DNA of 64,000 nt from an uncultured Bacteroidales bacterium (GCA_937982115.1 CALJNE010000019.1:20084-84083), one strand, 5' to 3'; positions 19,873 to 28,901 are shown, counted from the stretch's first letter. Made by a program: numbers and translations. The notes: generated from the letters alone by a model not told the origin.

Positions 19873-19896
19873 CATCAAACAATAAAATTTAAAACT

Positions 19897-20766
19897 ATGA
19901 TACGCGAAATTGTAAAAATAAATGAATCAAAATGCACAGGCTGCGGATTATGTGTTCCCGGTTGCCACGAAGGAGCTCTTCAGATAATTGACGGCAAAGC
20001 AAGATTAATAAGCGAACTAATGTGCGATGGTCTCGGCGCCTGTATCGGACATTGTCCCGAAGGTGCTATAACCATAGAAAAAAGAGAGGCAGCTCCTTAC
20101 GATGAAATTGCAGTAATTCAGGATATGATTGAAAAAGGTAAAAATACCGTTGTTGCTCATCTCGTTCACCTACGAGAACATAATCAGGATGAATATTTTG
20201 TTCAGGCTATTAACTGGCTGGAAAATAACAAAGAAAAACTCGGATTCGATTTAAACCAAGTAAAAGCGGAAGTTCACAAAAAATTTCATTCGCAAGCAAA
20301 TGTTTCAACTGCATGCGGATGTCCCGGTTCTGCGACAAGAACAATAAATCAGACAAACTCATCCGATTTCGACGGCGATATACCATCGGCATTAACCCAT
20401 TGGCCAATACAGATGCACCTGATAAATCCGGCGTCGGCACATTTCAAAAATTCGGATTTATTAATAGCCTCAGATTGCTCAGCATTCAGCATGGGAGGAT
20501 TTCACTCAAATCTATTAAAAGGTAAAACTCTTGTGGTACTTTGTCCTAAACTCGATAAAAATCAAGATGTTTATGTGAATAAGCTTGTAAGTCTGATTCG
20601 AGATGCACGAGTAAATACAATTTCCTGCGTAATGATGGAAGTTCCATGTTGCGGAGGAATAATTTCATTGGTAAGAGAAGCTATACAAATTGCCGGCAGA
20701 AAAGTACCGGTTAAAGCAATTATTCTGTCAATTGACGGAAAAATATTAGAAGAAGAATGGATTTAA
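19897..20766 (+). CDS. 4Fe-4S dicluster-domain protein, hcp-associated
   Basis: CTGCGLCVPGCHEGAL and CDGLGACIGHCPEGAI ferredoxin motifs, plus a C-terminal Cys-rich EVPCCGG. I chose the ATG at 19897 over the TTG at 19846, which would overlap the promoter region. Confidence 0.75.
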   Translation: MIREIVKINESKCTGCGLCVPGCHEGALQIIDGKARLISELMCDGLGACIGHCPEGAITIEKREAAPYDEIAVIQDMIEKGKNTVVAHLVHLREHNQDEYFVQAINWLENNKEKLGFDLNQVKAEVHKKFHSQANVSTACGCPGSATRTINQTNSSDFDGDIPSALTHWPIQMHLINPASAHFKNSDLLIASDCSAFSMGGFHSNLLKGKTLVVLCPKLDKNQDVYVNKLVSLIRDARVNTISCVMMEVPCCGGIISLVREAIQIAGRKVPVKAIILSIDGKILEEEWI

Positions 20767-20791
20767 TAAACAATAATAAATAATAACTAAT

Positions 20792-22456
20792 ATGGAGGAT
20801 CAAACTATGTCAATGTTTTGTTTTCAATGTCAGGAAGCAGCTAAAGGTACAGGCTGCACAATTAAAGGAGTTTGCGGTAAAACCGAAGAAGTTGCTCAAA
20901 TGCAAGATTTACTAATTTATGTAACTAAAGGAATTTCTATCTTTTCGCAATTTGCCCGCGAAAAAGGAATTGTTTCCGAAAAAATTAATCACTTCGTAAT
21001 GGATGCTTTGTTTACTACCATCACGAACGCAAACTTCGATTACGATGCAATTGTGAAAAAAGTAAAAGAAGCTTTAAAACTTCGAGAAGAAATTAAAAAT
21101 GAGTTTTTGAAAGCCGGAGGAATTTTGCCCGAAAAACTTCACAGCTCGGCTACATGGACTCCGCAAAATGATGAAGAAATTGAAAGAAAATCGAAACTTG
21201 TTGGAGTTTTAAGTATCGAGAATGAAGATATTCGTTCTTTAAAAGAACTTTTAACTTATGGAGTAAAAGGTATGGCTGCTTATGCAGAACATGCTTATAA
21301 TCTGGGATATAAAAACGAAGAAATTTATTCTTTCATGCAAAAAGCTCTTGTGGCAACCACAGAAGAAAAAATAGCCGATGAACTTGTAGCTCTTGTTCTG
21401 GAATGTGGAAAATTCGGAGTTGATGTAATGGCTCTGCTCGATAAAGCCAACACCGATACTTACGGACATCCCGAAATCACTGAAGTTAACATCGGAGTAA
21501 GGAACAATCCGGCAATTCTTATCAGCGGACACGACCTTAAAGATTTAGAAGAATTACTCGAACAAACTCAAGGTACAGGCGTTGATGTTTATACTCACAG
21601 TGAAATGTTACCCGGACATTACTATCCGAAATTCAAAAAATACGAACATTTCGTTGGCAACTACGGCAATGCATGGTGGAAACAAAAAGAAGAATTCGAA
21701 TCTTTCAACGGACCAATTCTTTTTACAACAAATTGTATTGTTCCGCCACTTGAAAACGCAAGTTACAAAGACCGTATCTACACAACCGGTTCTGCAGGAT
21801 TAACAGGTGCAAAACACATTCCCGACAGAAAACCCGGCAAACAAAAAGATTTCAGCGTCATAATTGAACATGCTAAAAAATGTGCTCCACCTAAAGAAAT
21901 TGAAAACGGTAAAATAATCGGTGGTTTTGCTCACAACCAGGTAATTGCACTTGCCGATAAAGTGGTCGAAGCAGTAAAATCCGGAGCTATTCGAAAATTC
22001 TTTGTTATGGCCGGTTGTGACGGCAGAATGAAATCACGCGAATACTACACAGAATTTGCTGCAAAACTTCCAAAAGACACCGTAATTCTAACTGCAGGCT
22101 GTGCAAAATATCGTTACAATAAACTCGAACTTGGCGATATCGGAGGTATTCCACGCGTTCTCGATGCCGGACAGTGCAACGACTCATACTCGCTCGCAGT
22201 CATCGCTCTTACTCTTAAAGACGTTTTCAAACTCAACGATATCAACGAATTGCCAATAGCATATAACATTGCATGGTATGAACAAAAAGCCGTTATTGTG
22301 CTGCTGGCTCTCCTATATCTCGGGGTAAAGAACATCCACCTCGGACCAACATTACCGGCATTCTTATCGCCAAATGTTGCTAAAGTCTTAGTAGAAAACT
22401 TCGGAATCTCCGGAATTAACTCCGTTGACGAAGACATTAAACTTTTCATTAATTAA
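20792..22456 (+). CDS. hcp: hybrid cluster protein / hydroxylamine reductase
   Basis: N-terminal [15 protein letters not shown]...GVCGK cluster motif. Length about 550 aa. Conserved AGCAKYRYN and [10 protein letters not shown] strings. Confidence 0.92.
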   Translation: MEDQTMSMFCFQCQEAAKGTGCTIKGVCGKTEEVAQMQDLLIYVTKGISIFSQFAREKGIVSEKINHFVMDALFTTITNANFDYDAIVKKVKEALKLREEIKNEFLKAGGILPEKLHSSATWTPQNDEEIERKSKLVGVLSIENEDIRSLKELLTYGVKGMAAYAEHAYNLGYKNEEIYSFMQKALVATTEEKIADELVALVLECGKFGVDVMALLDKANTDTYGHPEITEVNIGVRNNPAILISGHDLKDLEELLEQTQGTGVDVYTHSEMLPGHYYPKFKKYEHFVGNYGNAWWKQKEEFESFNGPILFTTNCIVPPLENASYKDRIYTTGSAGLTGAKHIPDRKPGKQKDFSVIIEHAKKCAPPKEIENGKIIGGFAHNQVIALADKVVEAVKSGAIRKFFVMAGCDGRMKSREYYTEFAAKLPKDTVILTAGCAKYRYNKLELGDIGGIPRVLDAGQCNDSYSLAVIALTLKDVFKLNDINELPIAYNIAWYEQKAVIVLLALLYLGVKNIHLGPTLPAFLSPNVAKVLVENFGISGINSVDEDIKLFIN

Positions 22457-22464
22457 TTTGTTTT

Positions 22465-22503
22465 AACAGGAGGTAGTTAGTTATAATTATCTCCTGTTTT
22501 TTT
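22465..22503 (+). terminator. rho-independent terminator after hcp
   Basis: aacaggag(18-nt loop)ctcctgtt followed by a T-run. The loop contains gtagttagtta, the same motif as the 23361-23456 array. Confidence 0.65.
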
Positions 22504-22525
22504 AACCTTTAAAAATTAATAAACT

Positions 22526-22711
22526 ATGGAAAACAAGGAAAAAATGATTTGTATGTGCAATGAAATTTCTGAAAAAGAAATTATTGAAGCCATCACAGAA
22601 AAAAATTGCAACACAGTAGAAAAAGTTGGGGAAGAAACCGGAGCAGGAACAATTTGCGGAGGATGTATCCCACTTATAGAAAAGTTAATTGAAAAACATA
22701 AAAAAGAATAA
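22526..22711 (+). CDS. BFD-like [2Fe-2S]-binding domain protein
   Basis: 61 aa with CMCNEIS...GAGTICGGCIPLI, the C.C...C..C pattern of BFD-like domains. Confidence 0.75.
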   Translation: MENKEKMICMCNEISEKEIIEAITEKNCNTVEKVGEETGAGTICGGCIPLIEKLIEKHKKE

Positions 22712-22712
22712 A

Positions 22713-23045
22713 ATGGACACAAACAAAATAATCAGCGGCTCAAAATACATTGCCTCACAATCAATAGATTATCAGGATGGTGCAATTGTCAGTAAAATTG
22801 TAACAAAAAAAGAAACCGGAAATATAACGATTTTTGCATTCGACAAAGGTCAATCATTAAGCGAACATACCGCTCCGTTTGATGCAATGGTTTTTGTTAT
22901 TGACGGCAAAGCTGAAATAGTTATCGGAGGAGAATCGCATTTTTTAAACACCGGAGAATTTATAATTATGCCGGCAAATATACCGCATGCAGTAAACGCG
23001 ACGGAAAGATTTAAAATGATTCTTACAATGATAAAATCTGCTTAA
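22713..23045 (+). CDS. cupin domain protein
   Basis: About 110 aa with a cupin-type GEFIIMPANIPHAV. The ATG at 22713 sits directly after the BFD-like gene's stop. Confidence 0.65.
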   Translation: MDTNKIISGSKYIASQSIDYQDGAIVSKIVTKKETGNITIFAFDKGQSLSEHTAPFDAMVFVIDGKAEIVIGGESHFLNTGEFIIMPANIPHAVNATERFKMILTMIKSA

Positions 23046-23047
23046 TT

Positions 23048-23359
23048 ATGGAAATAAGAAATTTTGCCATAGCCCCGCTTAAAGAAAATCCTTTTAATGC
23101 AGATGTCAGGATTCTTTTTAGCAGAGAAGATATTGAGTTTTTAACTCTTAAATTAAAACCTCAACAAAATTTGGCAGCGGTAAAAATAAATTGTGATGCT
23201 TTTTTTTATGTTGTAAACGGTAATCCCGAAGTAATTATTAACGAAGAAAAATACACTGCACAAATAAATGATTTTATATTCTGCCCTGCCGGAAGTAATC
23301 ATTGTATAAACAATCCAAACGATGATCAGTCCTTTATAATTGTTATTAAACTTATGTAA
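23048..23359 (+). CDS. cupin domain protein (second, diverged)
   Basis: 103 aa. FFYVVNGNPEVIINEEKY...FIFCPAGSNHCINN is a cupin-like beta-barrel signature. Confidence 0.55.
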   Translation: MEIRNFAIAPLKENPFNADVRILFSREDIEFLTLKLKPQQNLAAVKINCDAFFYVVNGNPEVIINEEKYTAQINDFIFCPAGSNHCINNPNDDQSFIIVIKLM

Positions 23360-23360
23360 A

Positions 23361-23456
23361 AGTTAGTTAGTTTAGTTAGTTAGTTGGTTGGTTTAGTTAG
23401 TTGGTTGGTTAGTCAGTTAAGTAGTTGGTAAGTTACATAGTTAGTTAGGTAGTTTG
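23361..23456 (+). repeat. degenerate tetranucleotide GTTR (GTTA/GTTG) array, about 24 units
   Basis: agttagttagtttagttagttagttggttggtttagttagttggttggttagtcagttaagtagttggtaagttacatagttagttaggtagtttg, starting 2 nt after the cupin stop codon. Confidence 0.9.
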
Positions 23457-23492
23457 ATATTTTCATAATTTGGTAAAATATGTTTAGATAAG

Positions 23493-23668
23493 ATGAAACA
23501 ATTTATAAGGTCGAAGGGAAAAGTAATTTACTATAAACCCAAACAATCTACTCCATGCCAAACAGTAAAAGAACAAACCCAAAAACTAATAAATTATTTA
23601 TATTTCAGAACTAAGCCACATAAATTATCGCAGATTATTTGTAGGATGCTAAAGGAGTGATTGTCGTA
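23493..23668 (+). pseudogene. second decayed fragment homologous to 19257..19637 (copy B); contains a 55-codon ORF
   Basis: MKQFIRSKGKVIYYKPKQSTPCQTVKEQTQKLINYLYFRTKPHKLSQIICRMLKE* shares K(I/V)(L/I)YYK and RTK..KLSQIIC..KE with copy A. The nucleotide core 23616-23666 is roughly 80 percent identical, by my hand alignment, to 19390-19439. Confidence 0.4.
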
Positions 23669-23696
23669 ATTACATGTTAACCGGAAAATTATTGTT

Positions 23697-24149
23697 TTAT
23701 CCCTTAAATCCGGACATCATGTGAGAACCGTCGCAGAAAGGCTTATTTTTTGAATGCCCGCATCTGCATATATATTTTTCTTCATTAACTTTTAATATTT
23801 TTCCTGTACTGTCTTTAACGTTTATTTCAGCAGGAATATGTAATGGACCGTTCTCAAAAATTGTAATTTCCGGCTTTACGTTTTGATTTTCTTTCATAGT
23901 TAAATATTCTTTTTGTTTTTGTTCATCGTTATAATACCACGTTAAAGCATCCGTAGGACAGGCATCTACAGTGGCAATTATCTTTTCTGTTGGCTCAGCA
24001 TCAATTTTTACCCATGGACGCTCACGGGGTTTAAATACTTTAGGTAACTGCTTAAAACAAGTAGTTGCATGAATGCACAAATGCGGTTGCCAAACTACTG
24101 TTATCTCCCCGTTGGAGTACTTTCTAATAACCTTTTTTTCTTCCGACAT
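23697..24149 (-). CDS. iron-sulfur protein: divergent 4Fe-4S mono-cluster domain plus CDGSH-type domain
   Basis: HLCIHATTCF...RPWVKID...CPTDALTWY gives the N-terminal domain. CRCGHSKNKPFCDGSH gives the C-terminal CDGSH motif. I chose the ATG at 24149. Confidence 0.75.
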   Translation of the reverse strand: MSEEKKVIRKYSNGEITVVWQPHLCIHATTCFKQLPKVFKPRERPWVKIDAEPTEKIIATVDACPTDALTWYYNDEQKQKEYLTMKENQNVKPEITIFENGPLHIPAEINVKDSTGKILKVNEEKYICRCGHSKNKPFCDGSHMMSGFKG

Positions 24150-24176
24150 ATTGTTTTTTTTATATAACACTAAAAT

Positions 24177-24207
24177 ACAAAATTTGTTTAATCCTTACAA
24201 AATTTGT
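24177..24207. promoter_or_regulatory. two identical 11-bp palindromes ACAAAATTTGT, 20 bp apart (candidate operator)
   Basis: Perfect copies at 24177-24187 and 24197-24207, with a weaker copy (TAAAAATTTGT) at 24239-24249. They lie in the divergent region between 23697..24149(-) and 24315..25547(+). Confidence 0.35.
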
Positions 24208-24314
24208 TGCCACTTTTTTTCATAATTATCCATTTAGTTAAAAATTTGTTAAGCCTGAGAAATATCTAAAATTTTATATCGTTATTTGTATAAGAATAAT
24301 ACAACATTTGTACA

Positions 24315-25547
24315 ATGAAAGCAATAAAATTTTTAATCCCATTAATTATTTCATTTCTATTTTCAAGCATTATAAATGCTCAAAACGACAGTACAATAAA
24401 TTTGTATCTAAAATGTGACCTCTGCGAAAAAGAATATATTATAAAAGAGCTCAATTTTATTAATCATGTCAGAGATATAAATTATGCTAATGTTATAATA
24501 ATGGGCATAAGCGAATCCACCGGAAACGGAGGTACAAAAACCAGACTGATATTTGAAGGAAGAAATAATTTTCAAGGAATGAATGATACCATAGTATTCA
24601 ACATAAATTACGATGCTACGAGTAATGAAATTCGAAATCTTTATATCAAAAGCATTAAATTCGGATTATTGCCTTACATAATTAAAACTCCTCTGAAAGA
24701 AAATTTAGAAATAGAATTTTCTAAATCAAATTTCAATGAACAAAATAAACCTGTTGATCCATGGAATAACTGGGTATTTTCAGTTAGTTTGCAAAACTAT
24801 TCAAATGGCGAAGAAAGCCGAAAATCTTTTAACCTATATTCAAGGATTAATGCTGATCACGTTACTGAAAAATCTAAAATCAATATTGGTTTTAATAACA
24901 ATTTTTCCAGAAGCACTTATACCTATAACGATTATACTTACGATTATCTGAATATATCCTACAGTTCGTATCTTTATTATATAAAATCACTCGGAGAACA
25001 CTGGTCGGCAGGAATATTTACCTCAGCCGGAAATTCTACTTTCAGCAATTATGATTTTTACGGAAACATTTATCCAGCAATAGAGTATAACATTTTTCCT
25101 TATGACAAATCCTTTGAAAAACAATTCCGAATTTCATACAGAATAGGCCCTGCGTATTTTGACTATACGGATACCACCATTTTTCTTAAAACAAAAGAAT
25201 TAGTTGCCCAGCAAAAATTGAACTTAGATCTTGGTATAGTAAAAAATTGGGGCAGCATTGATTTGTCAGTTTATGGTAGCCAATATTTACATGATTTAGA
25301 GCTATTCAGTATAGGGACTTACTTTTACGGAAGCGTTAGAATTATTAAAGGTTTTTCCGTGTTTTTCCACGGAGGATATTCAATGATTAGAAACCAGATA
25401 AACATTTCAAAAGCAGACATTTCTCAGGAAGAATTATTGCTACAACAACGCCAAATGAAAACCAATTATTCGTACTGGACAAACCTTGGGTTATCATACA
25501 CTTTTGGTTCCAAATTCAATAATGTAGTAAATCCACGGTTTGAATAA
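24315..25547 (+). CDS. hypothetical outer-membrane beta-barrel-like protein
   Basis: Signal peptide. Alternating aromatic/polar strands toward the C-terminus (NLGLSYTFGSKF). No family recognised. Confidence 0.5.
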   Translation: MKAIKFLIPLIISFLFSSIINAQNDSTINLYLKCDLCEKEYIIKELNFINHVRDINYANVIIMGISESTGNGGTKTRLIFEGRNNFQGMNDTIVFNINYDATSNEIRNLYIKSIKFGLLPYIIKTPLKENLEIEFSKSNFNEQNKPVDPWNNWVFSVSLQNYSNGEESRKSFNLYSRINADHVTEKSKINIGFNNNFSRSTYTYNDYTYDYLNISYSSYLYYIKSLGEHWSAGIFTSAGNSTFSNYDFYGNIYPAIEYNIFPYDKSFEKQFRISYRIGPAYFDYTDTTIFLKTKELVAQQKLNLDLGIVKNWGSIDLSVYGSQYLHDLELFSIGTYFYGSVRIIKGFSVFFHGGYSMIRNQINISKADISQEELLLQQRQMKTNYSYWTNLGLSYTFGSKFNNVVNPRFE

Positions 25548-25569
25548 AAAAATTTTAAACATCTATTTT

Positions 25570-27201
25570 TCATAAATCAGTTAATTTTTTCCCAGAAGTA
25601 ATAATTTCAACAGCTTTGTGAATTACAAGGTCATTTTCCTGATATATCTGGTAAAAAGCAGAATCACCCAAGACTTGTCGAGCGATAAAGGCATATACGG
25701 TTCGTTCTATTTCCTTGCCGCTTTTTGCCAAATCTACAGAATTGATTTTTACTCCGTTTTTAGAAACAAAATTCCAGAATTTAGATTTTACATTGTCATT
25801 GTTTAAATGAACTATCAACAATGGAACACTTTCAATTTTTTCAAGATTTTTTCTGTTATTATCAACATATTCAACTGCAAACAAATACTCGAGATTATTT
25901 TTGCTGATTTCGGAATACAATTTTGTAAATCCGCTTGTATCCATAGGAACAAAAATATCGGGCATAATTCCGCCTCCTCCATAAACCGGTCTTCCCGAAG
26001 CTGTGTAGTATAAAAGAGAATCATTTAAGACGATAGAGTCTTTTTGGGTGAATTCCCCGTGAAGAAATCTTTTATAAACTTCGGAATAGTAATCATCCTG
26101 TCCTTTGTCGTAAGGTTTTTGAATACAACGCCCCGAAGGAGTATAATATCGTGCAGTAGTCAATCGTACAATTGATCCGTCGTCAAAAGTTGAAGATTCC
26201 TGTACCAGCCCCTTACCAAAGGATCTTCTGCCGATAATAAAGCCTCTGTCGTGGTCTTGTATAGCTCCCGCAACAATTTCCGATGCAGATGCGGAAAAAT
26301 CGTCTATTAAAACAATAACATTCAAATCTACACAAGCATTACGTTTTGCAGTTGACATTATGTTTTGACGACCACGAACTCGTCCCTGAGTATAAACCAG
26401 CAGTTTGCCGGCTTCGAAAAATTCATCTATAATATCTGTAGCTGCATTAAGGTACCCCCCGGAATTATTTCTTAAATCAACAATCAACCAGCTAATCCCT
26501 TTTTTTCGCAACGCAAAAACTGCTTCTATAAATTGAGAATGAGTGTTTCGTGCAAATGAAGAAATTTTCACGTATCCTGTTTTGCTATTTATTAAATAAT
26601 AGGCATCAACACTTGTTAGAGGAATTTCGCCTCTTTTAATTTTAACGGTGATTAAATCCTTGACACCTTTTCTTTTTATTTTTAAATTAACATAAGTTCC
26701 AATCTCTCCCCTTAACTTTTTCATTACCTCATCGTTAGTAATCTTCACAGAGGCAATCAAAGTATCGTTAACGTAAATGATTCTGTCTCCGGGTTTTAAT
26801 CCTACATTTTCGCTTGGTCCGTCTTTTATTACATTAACCACCAATACAGTATCTCTGAAAATATTAAATTGAATGCCGATACCTCCAAAATTACCTTGTA
26901 ATTCTTCTTCTACTTTTTTGGCTTCTTCAGGACCAAAGTACATACTGTGCGGATCGAGATTTTCCAGAAATTGAGGAATAACTTTTTCGACCAAATCTGA
27001 TCTGGAAACGCTGTCAACATACTCAGAAACCACATAATCAATAATTACACTCAATTTGTCTTTGGAAGGTTTTACAAAAATTTGCTGTTTAGCTGCATTT
27101 TTCTGAAAAATCTCTGCCAGAAATATTCCTGCAATCAGAGATAAAGAAATTATTAGAGGTAATAATATGCTAAATCGTGAATTATTATTCTTCATTTTCA
27201 T
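25570..27201 (-). CDS. S41-family C-terminal processing (tail-specific) peptidase
   Basis: N-terminal membrane anchor, a PDZ-like GGIGIQF...GPSENVGLKPGDRIIYVND, the catalytic region DDFSASASEIVAGA and RRSFGKGLVQ. Confidence 0.85.
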   Translation of the reverse strand: MKMKNNNSRFSILLPLIISLSLIAGIFLAEIFQKNAAKQQIFVKPSKDKLSVIIDYVVSEYVDSVSRSDLVEKVIPQFLENLDPHSMYFGPEEAKKVEEELQGNFGGIGIQFNIFRDTVLVVNVIKDGPSENVGLKPGDRIIYVNDTLIASVKITNDEVMKKLRGEIGTYVNLKIKRKGVKDLITVKIKRGEIPLTSVDAYYLINSKTGYVKISSFARNTHSQFIEAVFALRKKGISWLIVDLRNNSGGYLNAATDIIDEFFEAGKLLVYTQGRVRGRQNIMSTAKRNACVDLNVIVLIDDFSASASEIVAGAIQDHDRGFIIGRRSFGKGLVQESSTFDDGSIVRLTTARYYTPSGRCIQKPYDKGQDDYYSEVYKRFLHGEFTQKDSIVLNDSLLYYTASGRPVYGGGGIMPDIFVPMDTSGFTKLYSEISKNNLEYLFAVEYVDNNRKNLEKIESVPLLIVHLNNDNVKSKFWNFVSKNGVKINSVDLAKSGKEIERTVYAFIARQVLGDSAFYQIYQENDLVIHKAVEIITSGKKLTDL

Positions 27202-27634
27202 CCAATTTAAAATGAACTATTTCAACACCAGCTCTTTTTAGTAATTCGAGTCCGTCCTTTTTTGAATACTCGTTAATATAAACAACACGTCTAATTCCGG
27301 ATTGGATAATTAATTTTGCACACTCAATGCAAGGCGAAGTGGTAACATAAAGCGTAGCACCGCAGCTGTTATTTCCGGATTTTGCCACTTTAGTAATTGC
27401 ATTTGCTTCGGCGTGCAAAACATAAGGTTTAGTTACATAGTTTTCATCCTCACACTCATTTTCAAATCCGGCGGGCGTTCCATTAAATCCATCGGAAATA
27501 ATCATTTTATCCTTAACAATAAGAGCCCCTACCTGCTTACGTTTACAATATGAATTTTTAGCCCAGATCTGAGCCATCTCGAGATAATGTTTATCAAATT
27601 GTTTTTGCTTGAGAGGATTAATTCTGTCGTTCAT
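27185..27634 (-). CDS. deoxycytidylate (dCMP) deaminase
   Basis: HAEANAI and SPCIECAKLI zinc-binding motifs. About 150 aa. Overlaps the downstream peptidase gene by 17 nt. Confidence 0.85.
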   Translation of the reverse strand: MNDRINPLKQKQFDKHYLEMAQIWAKNSYCKRKQVGALIVKDKMIISDGFNGTPAGFENECEDENYVTKPYVLHAEANAITKVAKSGNNSCGATLYVTTSPCIECAKLIIQSGIRRVVYINEYSKKDGLELLKRAGVEIVHFKLDENEE

Positions 27635-27714
27635 AAACAATTTTAATTTTTTACAAAAGAAATCATTTTTTATCAGAAAATCTAAAAAAAAAGAGATTCC
27701 TGAGAATCTCTCCG

Positions 27715-27798
27715 TACCCGGGGCCGGGGTCGAACCGGCACTCCGGTGAAGGAACTGGTGTTTGAGACCAGCGCGTCTACCAATTCCGCCACCCGGGC
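27715..27798 (-). tRNA. tRNA-Leu(CAA): tRNA-Leu (anticodon CAA), class II with a long variable arm; no encoded CCA
   Basis: The minus strand reads GCCCGGGTGGCGGAATTGGTAGACGCGCTGGTCTCAAACACCAGTTCCTTCACCGGAGTGCCGGTTCGACCCCGGCCCCGGGTA. It has a 7-bp acceptor stem, anticodon stem CTGGT/ACCAG with loop CTCAAAC, and T-arm GCCGG-TTCGACC-CCGGC. Confidence 0.93.
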
Positions 27799-27848
27799 AA
27801 TTTTATTCCGCAAATATATGCTATTTTTATTATTTATACAAAAAAATT

Positions 27849-28901
27849 TTAATCCGCCTTTTTTTTATTTGCTAACTGTCCGCAAGCTGCATCTATATCC
27901 GTTCCTTTTGACCTGCGTAAAGTTACAACAAGATTTTTAGACTCTAAATATCCAACAAATGCTTTTAAATCAAGATCATAGGATTGTTGATATTTTGATT
28001 TTTCGTGACTGTTGTAGATAATCAGGTTTATTTTGCAAGGCGACACCTTTGTAAACTCTGTCAATTTTTTAGCATCTTCAAGCGAATCATTAACTCCTTT
28101 TAAAAGCAAATATTCATAAGTAATTCGCTCTCCGGTTTTTTTGTAAAAATAAGATATTGCTTCACGAAGTTGTTGAAGATTATACTTCTTGTTTATGGGC
28201 ATTAAGAAATCGCGTTTTTGATTATCAGCAGAATGTAAGGATATTGACAAATTTAATCTGAGATTTTCGTCAGCAAGCATCTTAATACCAGGAATTATAC
28301 CTGCAGTAGAAATTGTAATACGTTGGGACGACATAGCAAGCCCTTCGCCGGAACAAACAATTTTAATAGCATCAATGGTGTTTTCATAATTCAAAAAAGG
28401 CTCACCCATGCCCATCACAACAATATTGCTGAGTTTTCGTCCAAATTCCGCAAGGCTTGCCTCATTCAACAAAAAAACCTGATCATAAATTTCTCCGCGG
28501 GTTAAATTTCTCCTGAATCCGAGTTTGCCTGTAGCACAAAAATCACAATTCAAAGGGCAACCTGCCTGAGTGCTAATACATGCTGTTGTTCGGGATTTGC
28601 CCGGAATCAAAACTCCTTCGAAAAATTCATCATCCACCGATTTGAATAAAACTTTTACAGTTTTATCCGCTTTTGACTTTTGAGAATTTAACATTGTAAT
28701 CTTGTCCAGAAAGAAATTTTGTTCTAATTCTTCTTTTAAAGTAGCGGGAAGATTGTTCATTTCATTAAAATCGCTAATTCCCTTTTTCCAGATCCATTCT
28801 TTAATTTGTTTAAGTCTAAAAGCAGGTTGAGATATTTCTTTTAGAAAACCGCTAATTTCTTGGTCGGAAAGATTTCGGAAATTTTTCTTTTCAAAATCCA
28901 T
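27849..28901 (-). CDS. rlmN: 23S rRNA (adenine2503-C2)/tRNA methyltransferase RlmN (radical SAM)
   Basis: CPLNCDFCATG radical-SAM motif, GMGEPFLNY, and a C-terminal ACGQL. Confidence 0.88.
   Translation of the reverse strand: MDFEKKNFRNLSDQEISGFLKEISQPAFRLKQIKEWIWKKGISDFNEMNNLPATLKEELEQNFFLDKITMLNSQKSKADKTVKVLFKSVDDEFFEGVLIPGKSRTTACISTQAGCPLNCDFCATGKLGFRRNLTRGEIYDQVFLLNEASLAEFGRKLSNIVVMGMGEPFLNYENTIDAIKIVCSGEGLAMSSQRITISTAGIIPGIKMLADENLRLNLSISLHSADNQKRDFLMPINKKYNLQQLREAISYFYKKTGERITYEYLLLKGVNDSLEDAKKLTEFTKVSPCKINLIIYNSHEKSKYQQSYDLDLKAFVGYLESKNLVVTLRRSKGTDIDAACGQLANKKKAD

Noticed and set aside
27746-27940. 64-aa plus-strand ORF
   Set aside because: It overlaps the tRNA-Leu gene and the 3' end of rlmN on the opposite strand, so it is spurious.
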